From NCBI GenBank assembly GCA_964372275.1, contig CAYJRR010000028.1:1-39647 (forward strand): a stretch of 39,647 nt of DNA. The letters run 5' to 3'. Positions 17,052 to 27,345 of this stretch are shown here, piece after piece. The stretch comes from an uncultured bacterium. GTDB taxonomy: Bacteria; CAYJRR01. The notes beneath the pieces are model-generated. The model ran no database searches. It was not told where the DNA came from and worked only from the letters and a program-made list of their open reading frames with translations. Every line of letters starts with the position of its first letter. Position 1 is the first letter of the stretch. The position numbers and the translations under genes are program-made.

Positions 17052-18020
17052 ATGAAACGCCATTCCCTTCTCGTATTCGTCCTGACCGCGTTGCCGCTTG
17101 CCGCTTCCGCGCAAGAGTGCCCCGGGGATTCACCGACCGGATTGGTGGAGTTCGGTGAGACGGTGGAGGCGGCGTCCGGATTGAGCCGTTCCGGCTACTA
17201 CCGGCGTTATTCCCGCCTGGCCGAGCGTGAGCGGACCCTGCGGGAGAGGGTGCGGGAGACCCACGGTCGCACCCGACGCCGATTCGAGCGGCGGCTCGCC
17301 GAGAGCAAGGAGGCGCGGCGCGAGCTGCGGCGCGACGCGCGCGAGCACGGCATCCCCTTCGATCCGACGCGGTACCGGACCCTCGAAAAGAGGATGGACG
17401 GGATCCGCGAAGGGATCTGGCGGGAGGAGTCGCGCATGGGTGGCTACGTCCGTCGCGGCAACGTCGACGCGGTACGCGAGTCGAGCGCCACGATCCTGAC
17501 GTCCCACGAGCGCCTGGAGCGCGTGCGGGAGCGGCTGCGGAGCCTCCGCCGCGGACCGGCCGTCGCACCGAGCGACGCCCCGATCTCGCCGGAGGTCGCG
17601 CGACGGCGATTGCGGTCCCTTTCCCGCCGGCTGCGGCATGGCAGGGATCGGCTCGAGACCCTTCACCTGCGGTCGTCTTCCGCCTACTCCAATCTGAGCG
17701 GCGGCTACGCCGAGGCGACGGCCGCGTCCTACGAAGTCCCGACCGTTCTCACATTGCGGCGTCTGAGCCGGATCGAGGCGAGGATGGCCGCCATCCGGCG
17801 TCGAATCTCACCGCCGCCGACGGTCATCGAGCCCGCTCCGCTTGCGAGCGAGGAGATGCCGTTCGCCGAGACCCCCGACCCGTTGGAGATCGAGCTCGCC
17901 GAAATCGAGGCGGAGTCGGAGCGCCTCGATTCGCTCGGGGCGGCCGCTCCGCCGGACGAGCTCGCGCGGCTCGCCGAGCGGGTCGCGGCCTTCGAAGCTA
18001 TCGCCGGTTCCCGACCTTGA
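17052..18020 (+). CDS. Secreted Arg/Glu-rich coiled-coil hypothetical protein
   Basis: Signal peptide MKRHSLLVFVLTALPLAASA|QE; 3' end overlaps the convergent AAA gene by 23 nt. Confidence 0.6.
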   Translation: MKRHSLLVFVLTALPLAASAQECPGDSPTGLVEFGETVEAASGLSRSGYYRRYSRLAERERTLRERVRETHGRTRRRFERRLAESKEARRELRRDAREHGIPFDPTRYRTLEKRMDGIREGIWREESRMGGYVRRGNVDAVRESSATILTSHERLERVRERLRSLRRGPAVAPSDAPISPEVARRRLRSLSRRLRHGRDRLETLHLRSSSAYSNLSGGYAEATAASYEVPTVLTLRRLSRIEARMAAIRRRISPPPTVIEPAPLASEEMPFAETPDPLEIELAEIEAESERLDSLGAAAPPDELARLAERVAAFEAIAGSRP

Positions 18021-19842
18021 TTCGCGCGGCGGCGAGGCGCTCGGAGAGCTCGTCGGCGGTCAGGTCGGCGTACTTCTTCGGAAGCATGCTGCGGTTCGAG
18101 GCTTCGAAGACGGCGAGAAGCTCCATGAACTCGAGGATGGCGACGTCGCGGGACGGGAGGTAGTCGGCGACCGCCTTGGCGAGGTCCTCGGCGGCCGGGC
18201 TCTGTGCGCGCCCCGCGGAGTCGGCCAGCGAAGCGGCGAGCATCACCACCCCTTCGATGTCGGCGTTCGAGTAGCCGACCAGCTTCGCCGAGATCTCCGC
18301 CCGCTTCGACTTCAGGTCGAAGCCGGGCGTCAGCTTGTGGCGCTTGAGGAGCGCGCCGAGGATCGGCTCCACCTCCGCCGCTTCCTGCGCGTAGAAGAAC
18401 GGGATCTTCCGGTCGAGCCGCCCGGTTCGCTTGATGTCGGTGTCGAGGCGGTCGGGGCGGTTGGTCATCAGCACGAACAGGATCCGTCCCCGGTTGCGCG
18501 TGTCGGACATGAACTCCTTGAGCCGCGCGATCACCCGGCTCTCGGTGCCGCCATCGCTGCTCCCGTCCTGCCCGGCCAGCGCGCGATCGACCTCGTCGAT
18601 GAAGACGATCACCTGCCCCATCGCCCCGAGCACCGCCAGTATCCGCTCCAGATTGGCCTCGGTCGCGCCGACCCACTTCGACCGGAAGCTGCCGAACTTC
18701 ACCGCGGTGAGTCCGGACTCCTTGGCGAACGCCTCGGCGACGAAGGTCTTCCCCGTCCCCATCGGCCCCACGAAGAGGAATCCCATCGGGACGTGAGACG
18801 TGTCGCCGGAGCGAATCGCCTTGGCGACGCGCGCAAGCTCCCGCTTGACCTCCTCCATCCCCCCGACCGCCTCGAACCCGTGCTTGGGTCGGACGAACTC
18901 GAGGAGCCCGGAGCACTCCCGTTCGATGATGTCGCGCTTGTGCTTGGCGACCATCTCCTCCATCTCCACGGTGATCCCGGCGGACGGGAGGGTCGCGGTC
19001 GGCGCGACCATGCGGCGGATCTCCTCCGGATCCATCCCCTTGGTCATCCCCGCCAGGCCGTCGATGCGGTCCTGCGGCGCCTCCTTGCCGAGGAGCTCGC
19101 GGATCAGGCTCTTTCGCTCCTCGAGGTCGGGCTCGGCGTCCTGCGGTTTGAGGATCCCGCGGATCTGCACCAGCTTCAGGCCCGCAGTGATCTCCGCCAG
19201 CTTGTCGACCGACGCCGGATCGAAGTGAGGGACGAGGTGGCGAATCAACCCCTTCCGGTCCTCTTCGTCCGGGATCGGGACGCGGATCGCCGCCACCCGG
19301 GCGTTGTTGACGATGCGCGGGTGCAGCTCGGAAAGATTTTCGGTCAGGAGCAGGATGACGTTGTCGGCGTGCTCCAGTGACGGCAGCGACGCCCAGCGGT
19401 GGAGGGTGATCAGCGTGGCGCGGTCGACGTCGCCGTACATCGAGAGGTCGGCGGCGGGGCAGAGCGTCTCGGCGTACTCCAGGAGCAGCGCGAACCGGTC
19501 CTCGGTCAGGAGCAACCGCTCGAGCACGGGGATCACCTTTTCGCGCGATCGGGAAAGCGTCAGCTCGTCGACCCCCGGCAGCCGATCGCGGCGCTTGGCG
19601 AAGCGCACGCCGTTCGCCGTGTTGTAGATGGCGACCGAGTCCTTGTTCCCGGCCAGCATCACGTTGCACAGGAACTCGTCGACCATCGTCGCCTGGCCGC
19701 GATGGAGGACCAGGTCGTGGACGTTTCCGTGGAGGATGAACTGCGATGCCTCGCCGCGCAGGTAGCGGCGCTTCAGCTCCTCCGCCCAGGCGGGCAGCTT
19801 GGCGTCGGTGGACTCCGGACTCCTGGCGGGTGCGGTGCTCAT
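17998..19842 (-). CDS. AAA+ ATPase (degenerate N-terminal AAA module plus active classical-clade AAA module)
   Basis: ATGA overlap start MSTAPAR. Walker A GPMGTGKT, pore loop SKWVGATE, Walker [29 protein letters not shown]. The N-module has FILHGNVHD in place of Walker A. Confidence 0.92.
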   Translation of the reverse strand: MSTAPARSPESTDAKLPAWAEELKRRYLRGEASQFILHGNVHDLVLHRGQATMVDEFLCNVMLAGNKDSVAIYNTANGVRFAKRRDRLPGVDELTLSRSREKVIPVLERLLLTEDRFALLLEYAETLCPAADLSMYGDVDRATLITLHRWASLPSLEHADNVILLLTENLSELHPRIVNNARVAAIRVPIPDEEDRKGLIRHLVPHFDPASVDKLAEITAGLKLVQIRGILKPQDAEPDLEERKSLIRELLGKEAPQDRIDGLAGMTKGMDPEEIRRMVAPTATLPSAGITVEMEEMVAKHKRDIIERECSGLLEFVRPKHGFEAVGGMEEVKRELARVAKAIRSGDTSHVPMGFLFVGPMGTGKTFVAEAFAKESGLTAVKFGSFRSKWVGATEANLERILAVLGAMGQVIVFIDEVDRALAGQDGSSDGGTESRVIARLKEFMSDTRNRGRILFVLMTNRPDRLDTDIKRTGRLDRKIPFFYAQEAAEVEPILGALLKRHKLTPGFDLKSKRAEISAKLVGYSNADIEGVVMLAASLADSAGRAQSPAAEDLAKAVADYLPSRDVAILEFMELLAVFEASNRSMLPKKYADLTADELSERLAAARIKVGNRR

Positions 19843-20630
19843 CGGGCCTCCGAAACGAGCAAGCGGTCGGCTTCGCGCGCCGTCTGCCGGACCGCCTCGA
19901 CGCCGTCGATCAGGTCGTCGAGCTGGCCGGCGAGCTCCTGCGGGCTTCGCATCGAGACGATCTGGTCGGCCAGGAGGCCGAACGAGTTCTCGATCAGGTC
20001 GAGCTGGCCGCCGGCGCGGTCGCAGAAGGAGCGGATTTCGCGCAGGCGTTCCAGACGGCGCATCACGATCTCCAGGTTCTTCTTCGCCAGGTCCCGGGCG
20101 TGCTCCTGGGCGCCGGCCGCCTCCTTCTCGTACGCGCGGGCCAGGCGTTCGACCTCCGCGATGTCCTCGCGGTCCAGGTACTCCGAGTAGCGGGCCGATG
20201 TCGAGGCGAGCTCGACGAACGAATCGACCAGGCGGTCGAGCTTGCGGATCTCCACGCGCACCAGCTCGCCGCCGAAGGTGGGATTCTCGGCCGCGAGCTT
20301 CGCGATCTGCGCGCGCTTGGTGAGCAGCGCCATGCAGCGGACCTGCTCCCCGCGGGTGAGCGCGGCGATGGCGGTCTCCCGTCTCTTCTTCGCCGCGTCG
20401 GCCTCCTCGCGGTCGATCGCCTTGTCCAGGAGATGGCGGACGGGGGGGGAGTCCGGCGCGTAGAGCATGAAGAGCGCCTCGGCGGCGCCGGCGGCGAGCA
20501 GGATCCACCAGTCGCCGGAGACGGCGGCAGTCGCCGCCGCACCGCCGAGCAACATGTAGTTGTAGAAGTTGTTGAACAGCCGCTTGGCGTAGGTCCGGGT
20601 GGTACGCGGCGGTCTCGACTCGTCGGCCAT
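19839..20630 (-). CDS. Two-TM-anchored coiled-coil protein (PspM-like architecture)
   Basis: Hydrophobic hairpin YMLLGGAAATAAVSGDWWILLAAGAAEALFMLY, then long heptads; coupled to both neighbours. Confidence 0.8.
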   Translation of the reverse strand: MADESRPPRTTRTYAKRLFNNFYNYMLLGGAAATAAVSGDWWILLAAGAAEALFMLYAPDSPPVRHLLDKAIDREEADAAKKRRETAIAALTRGEQVRCMALLTKRAQIAKLAAENPTFGGELVRVEIRKLDRLVDSFVELASTSARYSEYLDREDIAEVERLARAYEKEAAGAQEHARDLAKKNLEIVMRRLERLREIRSFCDRAGGQLDLIENSFGLLADQIVSMRSPQELAGQLDDLIDGVEAVRQTAREADRLLVSEAR

Positions 20631-21443
20631 CTAGTTCTTCGCGTAGAGCCGCTCCAGCAGCTCCTTCTCCACCGCCCGGAACTCGGGGGCCGCCTTGAGC
20701 GATGCGCTCCGCTCCTGGAACGTCGGCACGCCGATCCTCGCCAGGACCCGCGTCGGACGCGGCGCCAGCACGTAGCAGGCGTCGCCGACGTAGACCGCTT
20801 CGCTCACGTCGTGCGTGACCAGCACGATGGTGTTGTCCTCGGTCTTGGCGATCTCCAGCAGCATCGACTGCATCTCCCAGCGCGTCTGCGGGTCGAGCGC
20901 GCCGAACGGTTCGTCCATCAGCACCAGCCGAGGCCGGTTGATCAGCGTGCGGGCGATCGCCACCCGCTGCTTCATCCCCCCGGATAGGCTCTTCGGATAC
21001 TGCTCGGCGAACTCGAACAGACCCACCAGCTTCAAATAACGATCGACCCGCTGCCGCCGCTCCTCGGGTGGAACGCCGGCGAGCTTCAAGCCGTACTCGA
21101 CGTTCTGCCGGACCGTCAGCCAGCCGAACGAGGTGTACTGCTGGAAGACCATCCCCCGATCGCGACCGACGCCGTCGACCTCGACCCCGCCCACCTTGAC
21201 GCTCCCCTTCGTCGGGCGGAGGAGACCAGCGATGCACTTCAGGATCGTCGACTTGCCGCAACCGGACGGACCGAGCAGGACGACGATCTCGCCGATCCCG
21301 GGCTTGTCGGGGATCGTCAACTCGAGCCCGCGGACCGCGTCGATCGCCGAGCCGTCGCGGCCGACGTACGTGACGTCGAGGCTCTCGATCGAGAGCTTGG
21401 GGGTGCCCGATGCCGCGGGTGCCTTGGCCGGCGCCGCCGTCAC
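20631..21443 (-). CDS. ABC transporter ATP-binding protein (SsuB/TauB/NrtD-like)
   Basis: GPSGCGKST, MVFQ, LSGGMKQR, LMDEPFGALD and LVTHD; GTGA overlap start. Confidence 0.95.
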   Translation of the reverse strand: MTAAPAKAPAASGTPKLSIESLDVTYVGRDGSAIDAVRGLELTIPDKPGIGEIVVLLGPSGCGKSTILKCIAGLLRPTKGSVKVGGVEVDGVGRDRGMVFQQYTSFGWLTVRQNVEYGLKLAGVPPEERRQRVDRYLKLVGLFEFAEQYPKSLSGGMKQRVAIARTLINRPRLVLMDEPFGALDPQTRWEMQSMLLEIAKTEDNTIVLVTHDVSEAVYVGDACYVLAPRPTRVLARIGVPTFQERSASLKAAPEFRAVEKELLERLYAKN

Positions 21444-22237
21444 GCCGCCTCCCGCCAACGGAACAGGAGCCGCGAGGCCGACTTGATCACGAAGTCGGTG
21501 GCCAGGCCGATCCCGCCGATCACGATCAAGCCGGCGAAGCTCCAGGACGGCTTGTGGTGGGTACGCGCCAGCTCGACCATGTAACCGAGTCCGTGCTCGG
21601 CGTTCACCGCCTCCGCCAGGATGACGTAGGTCCAGGCGATGGCGTTCATCACCCGGAAGCTGTCGAAGATCTCCGGCAGGGCGGCCGGGATCAGGACGCT
21701 GACGATTACCTGCCGGCGGCCGGCCCCCAGGGTCAGCGCCGTCTGCACCAGCTCCTCCGGGACGGCGCGGATCGCGGACACCACGACCGGGAGCAGGTAG
21801 ACGAACGTTCCGAGGAACAGGAACGCGATCTTCTCCCGCTCGAAGATCCCGAACCACAGGATCAGCAGCGGGATGAAGGCGGAGATCGGCATGTAGCGTA
21901 AGGGAGCCACGATCGGGTTGAAAAACGCCTCCACGGGCGTGAAGGCCCCCATCAGGATCCCCAGCGGGAACGCGACCGCCGACGCCAACCCGAAGGCGAT
22001 CAAGATCCGTCGCGTGGAGACCCAGACGGCGTAGAGCAGATCGTGCTCGTAGACGAGCTGGAGGATCCCGCGCAGCGTGTCGAGCGGCGTCGGCAGGAAC
22101 TCCTTCGGCGTGATCCCCCCGAACGACAGCACGCACCAGGCGGCGAGCACGAGCGCCGGCGAGAGGATCGTCAGCCAGGTGCGCGTCGTGCGGGAGAGCG
22201 GTCCGCGGATCGCGAGTGCGTCGTCCGGCCGGGCCAT
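21440..22237 (-). CDS. ABC transporter permease (SsuC/TauC-like)
   Basis: LPTP, RYMPISAFIPLLILWFGI, EAA loop EELVQTALTLGA, AWTYVILAE..GLGY; TGATG overlap start MARPDD. Confidence 0.93.
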   Translation of the reverse strand: MARPDDALAIRGPLSRTTRTWLTILSPALVLAAWCVLSFGGITPKEFLPTPLDTLRGILQLVYEHDLLYAVWVSTRRILIAFGLASAVAFPLGILMGAFTPVEAFFNPIVAPLRYMPISAFIPLLILWFGIFEREKIAFLFLGTFVYLLPVVVSAIRAVPEELVQTALTLGAGRRQVIVSVLIPAALPEIFDSFRVMNAIAWTYVILAEAVNAEHGLGYMVELARTHHKPSWSFAGLIVIGGIGLATDFVIKSASRLLFRWREAA

Positions 22238-23883
22238 CAGTTCGTCGCCAGGACCACCCGGATGTCGGTGCGGCGATTCATTTGCCGCCCGGCCTCGGTT
22301 TCGTTGGAGGCGATCGGCTTCGATTCGCCGTAGCCGGTCGTCTGGTACCGGCTCGGCTGGATCTGCGGGAACTCCTTCTGCAGGTAGCGCGTCACCGCGA
22401 GCGCCCGCTTCTGGGAGAGGGTCAGGTTCACCTCCGCCGATCCGACGGCGTCGGTGTTCCCCTCCACGCGGAGGTAGGTGTTCCCGAAAGAGACCATCAA
22501 CTCGCCGAGCGAATCGAGGACGAAGAACGAGCCGTCCATGATGCGGTCGGAGCCCGGCGTGAAGTGGATCTGGATCTGCTTGTTGAGGATCGCGCGGTCC
22601 TTCAGGCTCGGCGCCTTCGACGCCATCGCCGGCTCGACCACCTTCTGCCCCGGGAAGTGCGGCGCGAGGCTTCGCAGGAAGCGGGTGTCGACCCAGTCGG
22701 ACGCCGTCACCGGCCGGGTGACGAGCCCCTTCTTCCGCCAAATGACGAACGCGGTGTCGAACAGCGTCTCGTAGTGCGGCTTGGCGCCGGTGAGGCCGTA
22801 GAAGACGGCGTTGTCGGCGAAGGGGGTGAGCTTCAAGCCCGAGAGCATCCCGCTCACCGTCTCCTCGTCGAGCTTGAGCGCGTCGCCGACGATCTTGTTC
22901 GAGCCGGCCGGGTCTTCGCGCATCCGCTCGATCCCGTTGAGCCACCCGAGGACGAAGGCCTGGACGGTCTCCGGCGCCCGCTCGATCAAGTCGTTGCGCG
23001 CGACGAGCGTGTCGGCGATGACGTTGGTCGCCGCCGCGGTCGAGACCAGCACGTGCGCCTCCTGCCCCCTGGCCTCGACCGCCGCCGAGAGGTCGGGCTC
23101 CCAGGTGACCGCCGCGTCGACCTGCTTGGCCTTGAACATCGCCGCCGCCGCCGGCGCGTCGAGACTGAAGACCACCTTGCTCTCGATCTCCTTGCGATCC
23201 GCCGGCGACAGCCCCGACTGCGAGAGCAGGTAGAGGAGCAGGAAGTGCGAGGGGGTGAACTGGGTGCAGGCGATCCGCTTCCCCTTCAGGTCCTCGACCG
23301 ACTGGATCGACGAGAGCGAAACGATCCCGTCGCCGCCGCGCGACCAGTCCTGGAGGAGGATCGACTTTCCGCCGACCGAGGTCTCGGAGAGGACCGACGC
23401 CTCGCGCGCCCAGTTGTCGACGGTGTTCCACATCACGTCGACGTCCCCCTTCTGGAACGCCGCCAGCTTCGCCGCCGGATCCTCCAACAGCACGAACTTC
23501 ACCTCGATCCCGAGCTCCTTCTTGTAGAGCGAGGCTGCGCCCGGATCCATCCCGCGGTTGTAGACGATCCCCGGCGCGTGCCCGGCCCAGGTGTTGATCC
23601 CCACCACCAGCGGCCGGGTGAGCTTGCCCTTTGCCACCTCGGCGGCGGTGACGCCGCCGGCCCCCGCCTTGCGGTCGGGATCGGGGGGCGCTTCCGCCAG
23701 CCGGGAGAAGTCGCTCTTGTCGAGCGCGTCCGCTCCGGCGGCGGCGCCCGCCGACGGCGCCCCGGCCGGCTTGCCGGTGGCCCACGAACGGATCTTGTCG
23801 CCGTGGTGGCGGTAGGCGGCGAAGCCGACGACGGCGAGGACGACGACGGTGAGGAAGAACTTGGCGAACGGTGTCAGTTTCAT
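22237..23883 (-). CDS. Membrane-anchored ABC substrate-binding protein (SsuA/NMT1-like) fused to an OmpA-like peptidoglycan-binding domain
   Basis: N-terminal TM; GINTWAGH, DWSRGGDGIV, DLKGKRIA and AAVTWEP (SBP); IHFTPGS..VEGNTDAVGS..NLTLSQKRA..GYGESKP..NRRTD (OmpA C-like). Confidence 0.92.
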   Translation of the reverse strand: MKLTPFAKFFLTVVVLAVVGFAAYRHHGDKIRSWATGKPAGAPSAGAAAGADALDKSDFSRLAEAPPDPDRKAGAGGVTAAEVAKGKLTRPLVVGINTWAGHAPGIVYNRGMDPGAASLYKKELGIEVKFVLLEDPAAKLAAFQKGDVDVMWNTVDNWAREASVLSETSVGGKSILLQDWSRGGDGIVSLSSIQSVEDLKGKRIACTQFTPSHFLLLYLLSQSGLSPADRKEIESKVVFSLDAPAAAAMFKAKQVDAAVTWEPDLSAAVEARGQEAHVLVSTAAATNVIADTLVARNDLIERAPETVQAFVLGWLNGIERMREDPAGSNKIVGDALKLDEETVSGMLSGLKLTPFADNAVFYGLTGAKPHYETLFDTAFVIWRKKGLVTRPVTASDWVDTRFLRSLAPHFPGQKVVEPAMASKAPSLKDRAILNKQIQIHFTPGSDRIMDGSFFVLDSLGELMVSFGNTYLRVEGNTDAVGSAEVNLTLSQKRALAVTRYLQKEFPQIQPSRYQTTGYGESKPIASNETEAGRQMNRRTDIRVVLATN

Positions 23884-23893
23884 CGTGATCGAC

Positions 23894-24601
23894 TCACATG
23901 CTCTTGGTGGTCGACTTCTGCTGGGCGCGGGCCGCCTTCAACTTCTCCCACTCGTCGTTGGCGGTGACGCTGCCGGCGCTCTGGCGCAGCTTCGCCAGCC
24001 GCTGGTCGAGGTCGGAGTCCTTGAGCTCCTGTCCCAGATTCGCCTCGGCGACGGTGTTCTTGATGTGGGTCCGGACGTTGTCGAGCGCCTTCACTTCGGC
24101 GTCGACCGACAGTCCGTCGAGCTGCTCCTGGATCTTGAGCCGTGCCTGGGCGCTGGCCATCTTCGCCAGCATCCGGTCCTTCTCGTCCTTGAGCTTGGTG
24201 ATCTCGGTCTGCACCGACATCAGGCCGGCCTTGGCGTCCTCGGCGTCCTTCTGCGCCTGGCCGAGCTCCTTCTCCAGCTCGGCGACGTCGGTCGCGAGCG
24301 CCGTCTTCTTCTGGATCAGCACCACGCCGAGGTCCTTCTGATCGGTGGAGATCGCGACCTCGAGGTCCCGGTCGACCTGGGCGAGCTCGGCGCGCGACTT
24401 CTCCAACCGCGCGGTGATCTCCTCGCGCCGGCGGATGATGGCGGCGGTCGCCTTCTTCAGCTGGGAGTACTTCATCACCATCGAATTGATGGCGTTCTCG
24501 TAGGCGATCTCCGGATGGTTCCGCTCGACGTCGGAGATCCAGAGGCTCCAGAACCCCTTCCACAGATTCGAAAGACGCGCGAAGAATCCGCCTTCGGCCA
24601 C
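23894..24601 (-). CDS. pspA: PspA/IM30 family protein (bacterial ESCRT-III homolog)
   Basis: GTG after [37 protein letters not shown] (amphipathic helix 0 plus Pro), long coiled coil, [18 protein letters not shown]-terminal [10 protein letters not shown]. Confidence 0.85.
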   Translation of the reverse strand: MAEGGFFARLSNLWKGFWSLWISDVERNHPEIAYENAINSMVMKYSQLKKATAAIIRRREEITARLEKSRAELAQVDRDLEVAISTDQKDLGVVLIQKKTALATDVAELEKELGQAQKDAEDAKAGLMSVQTEITKLKDEKDRMLAKMASAQARLKIQEQLDGLSVDAEVKALDNVRTHIKNTVAEANLGQELKDSDLDQRLAKLRQSAGSVTANDEWEKLKAARAQQKSTTKSM

Positions 24602-24825
24602 GTGGTCCTCCCTTGAAGTCGGGCGTGATCGCCCGCAAGTCGGAGGAAATGATATGGGGAAAGCGGGGTTAGACACCAAATTTCCGCGCGGGCGCCCCAC
24701 CGCGAGCCGCCGGAGACGGGACCGGCGGTGTCGGCACGATGGGGCGGGGCGCGAGCGTCTCCTCCGGCTACGCGTCAACCCGGCGCGGGTTCGCCCAAAG
24801 CGTCGTGTTTCCCGCGATTTGGCGA

Positions 24826-24841
24826 TGGCACGAGCCGTGTA
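24826..24841 (+). promoter_or_regulatory. Possible sigma-54 promoter (imperfect -12)
   Basis: TGGCACG-AGCC-GTGTA: perfect -24 box, but the -12 box lacks the conserved C. Confidence 0.3.
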
Positions 24842-24873
24842 GTTTTCCCCGCGATTCCAACACGGGGGAGACG

Positions 24874-25452
24874 ATGAAATCGGTCTTGAGCCTATCGATC
24901 CTGATCGCGTTCACCGGCGCGACGCTCCGCCCGGCCCATGCCGACGAGGAGCTCGTCCCGGACTGCGAGCCGGGAGTCGTCGAGCGATTTCCCGGCGCCT
25001 GCCGGAATGCCGACCTGCCGGGGATGTCCGACGAGCAGCTTCGCGTGGAGCGGGACCGCCTCGCGGCGTCGGTGCCCCGGGAGCGCCGGGAATCGCGGCG
25101 GCAGCACCGGATCGGCTCGGCGAAGCTGGTCGGTGGAATCGCGGTCACCTTCGTCGGGTCCGTCCTCACCGGTTCGCTCGTCGGAACGCCCGCGTGGCCG
25201 ATCGGCGCCGCCGTGGCGGTGTTCGGGTTCGGCATGGCGGTGCAGGGCGAGGGGAACGCGCGACGCGCGATCGAGCTCGGCCGGAAAGCGGACGACGACG
25301 CGGGCCGGTGGGGGAAGATCGAGGAGCTGTTGGCGCAGCGCTCCGTCGATCGGACGGGCTCCGACGTCGGTCGCGGCGCCGCCACCATCGGCGCGGCCGC
25401 ACCCGCCGGCTCGCCCGGCGCGGGGCAGCAGGGCGGCGGCCACGCGCGATAG
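24874..25452 (+). CDS. Exported hypothetical protein with hydrophobic glycine-zipper-like hairpin
   Basis: RBS GGGGGAG; signal peptide ending [41 protein letters not shown]. Confidence 0.6.
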   Translation: MKSVLSLSILIAFTGATLRPAHADEELVPDCEPGVVERFPGACRNADLPGMSDEQLRVERDRLAASVPRERRESRRQHRIGSAKLVGGIAVTFVGSVLTGSLVGTPAWPIGAAVAVFGFGMAVQGEGNARRAIELGRKADDDAGRWGKIEELLAQRSVDRTGSDVGRGAATIGAAAPAGSPGAGQQGGGHAR

Positions 25453-25458
25453 GCCCCG

Positions 25459-27273
25459 CTATGCGCGGTCCGGCTTCGGCCGGCGGTTCTTCTCCAGGAC
25501 CACCTTCCGCAGGCGGATCGACTGTGGAGTCACCTCGATCAGCTCGTCCGGATTGATCCACTCGATCGCCTTCTCCAGCGTGAGCGGGATCGGGGGCACG
25601 AGCTTCACCAGGTCGTCGGAGCCGCTGGCGCGCATGTTGGTCAGCTTCTTCTCGCGGGTGACGTCGAAGTCGAGGTCGTGGATGCGGCTGTTCTCTCCGA
25701 CGATCATCCCCTCGTAGACCTGGATCCCGGGACCGACGAACAGCGCGGCGCGCTCCTGGATGGCGTTGATGGCGTACGGCGTCGACACCCCGGCGCGGTC
25801 GGCGACCAGCGCCCCGACGTCGCGCCGCTGCATCGGACCGAACCACGGCTCGTAGCCGTCGAGGATCGCGGTGGCGAGCCCGGTGCCGCGCGTCAGCGTG
25901 AGGAAGCGGTTGCGGAAGCCGATCAGCCCGCGGCTGGGCACCCGGAACTCGAGCCGCTGACGGCTCCCCTGGTCGGTCATCTTCACCATCTTCCCCTTGC
26001 GGGGCCCCAGGAATTCGGCGACCAATCCGACGAACTCGGTCGGCACGTCGACCACGAGCAGCTCGACCGGCTCCATCCGCTTCCCGTCGATCTCCTTGGT
26101 GACGATCTCTGGGGTTCCCGCCGCGACCTCGTACCCTTCCCGCCGCATCATCTCGATCAGCACGGCGAGCTGCAGCTCGCCCCGCCCGAAGACGGTGAAG
26201 GCGGCCGGGTCGTCGGTCGGCTGCACCCGGATGGCGACGTTCTTCATCGTCTCCTTCTTGAGACGGTCGCCCAGGTTGCGGCTGGTGACGTACTTGCCTT
26301 CGCGACCGGCGAAGGGGGAGTTGTTGACGCGGAAGAGCATCTTCAGCGTCGGCTCCTCGACCTTGATCCGCGGCAGCGCCTTCGGGTCCCCCTCGTCGGC
26401 GATGGTGTCGCCGATGTCGACGTTGGGGATCCCGGAGATCGCCACGATGTCGCCGGCACCGGCCTTCGACACCTCGGCGCGGGTGAAGCCGGCGAACTGC
26501 CAGATCCCGCCGACCTTCGCCCGGATCTGCGCCTCCTCCTTCATCAACGTGACGTAGCCCAGCGCTTCGATCGACCCCTCGACGATCCGCCCGATCGCCA
26601 GCCTCCCGACGTAGTCGTCGTGGTCGATGTGGTTGACCGTCATCTGCAGGGGCGCTTCGAGATCGCCCGAGGGTGGCGGCACCCGCGCCAGGATCGTCTC
26701 GAACAGGGGCCGAAGGTCGGCCGACTCCTGGTCGAGCGCCAGCGTGGCGATCTTCTTCCGCGCGTTGGTGTAGACGATCGGGAAGTCGATCTGCTCCTCG
26801 GTCGCCCCCAGGTCGATGAACAGGTCGTAGGTCTCGTTGATCACCTCTTGCACCCGGGCGTCCGCGCGGTCGATCTTGTTGACCACCAGCACCACCGGGA
26901 GCGAGAGCCCCAACGCCTTCCGCAGCACGAAGCGCGTCTGCGGGAGCGGACCTTCGGCGGCGTCGACGAGCAGCAGCGCGCCGTCGACCATGTTGAGGAT
27001 CCGCTCCACCTCCCCGCCGAAGTCGGCGTGCCCCGGCGTGTCGAGGATGTTGATCTTCACGCCCCCGTACCGCACGGCGGTGTTCTTCGCCATGATGGTG
27101 ATGCCGCGCTCCCGCTCGAGGTCGAGCTGGTCCATGGCGCGCTCGGGCAACGCCTCGTTCGCGCGGAAGATGTTCCCCTGTCGCAGCATCCCGTCGACGA
27201 GCGTCGTCTTGCCGTGGTCGACGTGCGCGATGATCGCGACGTTTCGCAGGTGGGGGAACGTCTGGCGGGCCAT
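25459..27273 (-). CDS. typA: Translational GTPase TypA/BipA
   Basis: [43 protein letters not shown] and [10 protein letters not shown]. Confidence 0.98.
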   Translation of the reverse strand: MARQTFPHLRNVAIIAHVDHGKTTLVDGMLRQGNIFRANEALPERAMDQLDLERERGITIMAKNTAVRYGGVKINILDTPGHADFGGEVERILNMVDGALLLVDAAEGPLPQTRFVLRKALGLSLPVVLVVNKIDRADARVQEVINETYDLFIDLGATEEQIDFPIVYTNARKKIATLALDQESADLRPLFETILARVPPPSGDLEAPLQMTVNHIDHDDYVGRLAIGRIVEGSIEALGYVTLMKEEAQIRAKVGGIWQFAGFTRAEVSKAGAGDIVAISGIPNVDIGDTIADEGDPKALPRIKVEEPTLKMLFRVNNSPFAGREGKYVTSRNLGDRLKKETMKNVAIRVQPTDDPAAFTVFGRGELQLAVLIEMMRREGYEVAAGTPEIVTKEIDGKRMEPVELLVVDVPTEFVGLVAEFLGPRKGKMVKMTDQGSRQRLEFRVPSRGLIGFRNRFLTLTRGTGLATAILDGYEPWFGPMQRRDVGALVADRAGVSTPYAINAIQERAALFVGPGIQVYEGMIVGENSRIHDLDFDVTREKKLTNMRASGSDDLVKLVPPIPLTLEKAIEWINPDELIEVTPQSIRLRKVVLEKNRRPKPDRA

Positions 27274-27345
27274 GAGGGCGCGGAATCCTAGCGGAGAGGC
27301 GGGCGGCGCGGAAGCGTCGTCTCGCCATCCGCGATCGGCTTCGGG

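Noticed and set aside
17998-21261. 1087-aa AAA ORF, and similarly extended ORFs 5081..6739, 21440..23785, 27346..29598, 33525..35486 and 34511..37123
   Set aside because: The N-terminal extensions overlap real upstream genes in other frames; true starts are at overlap or RBS positions.
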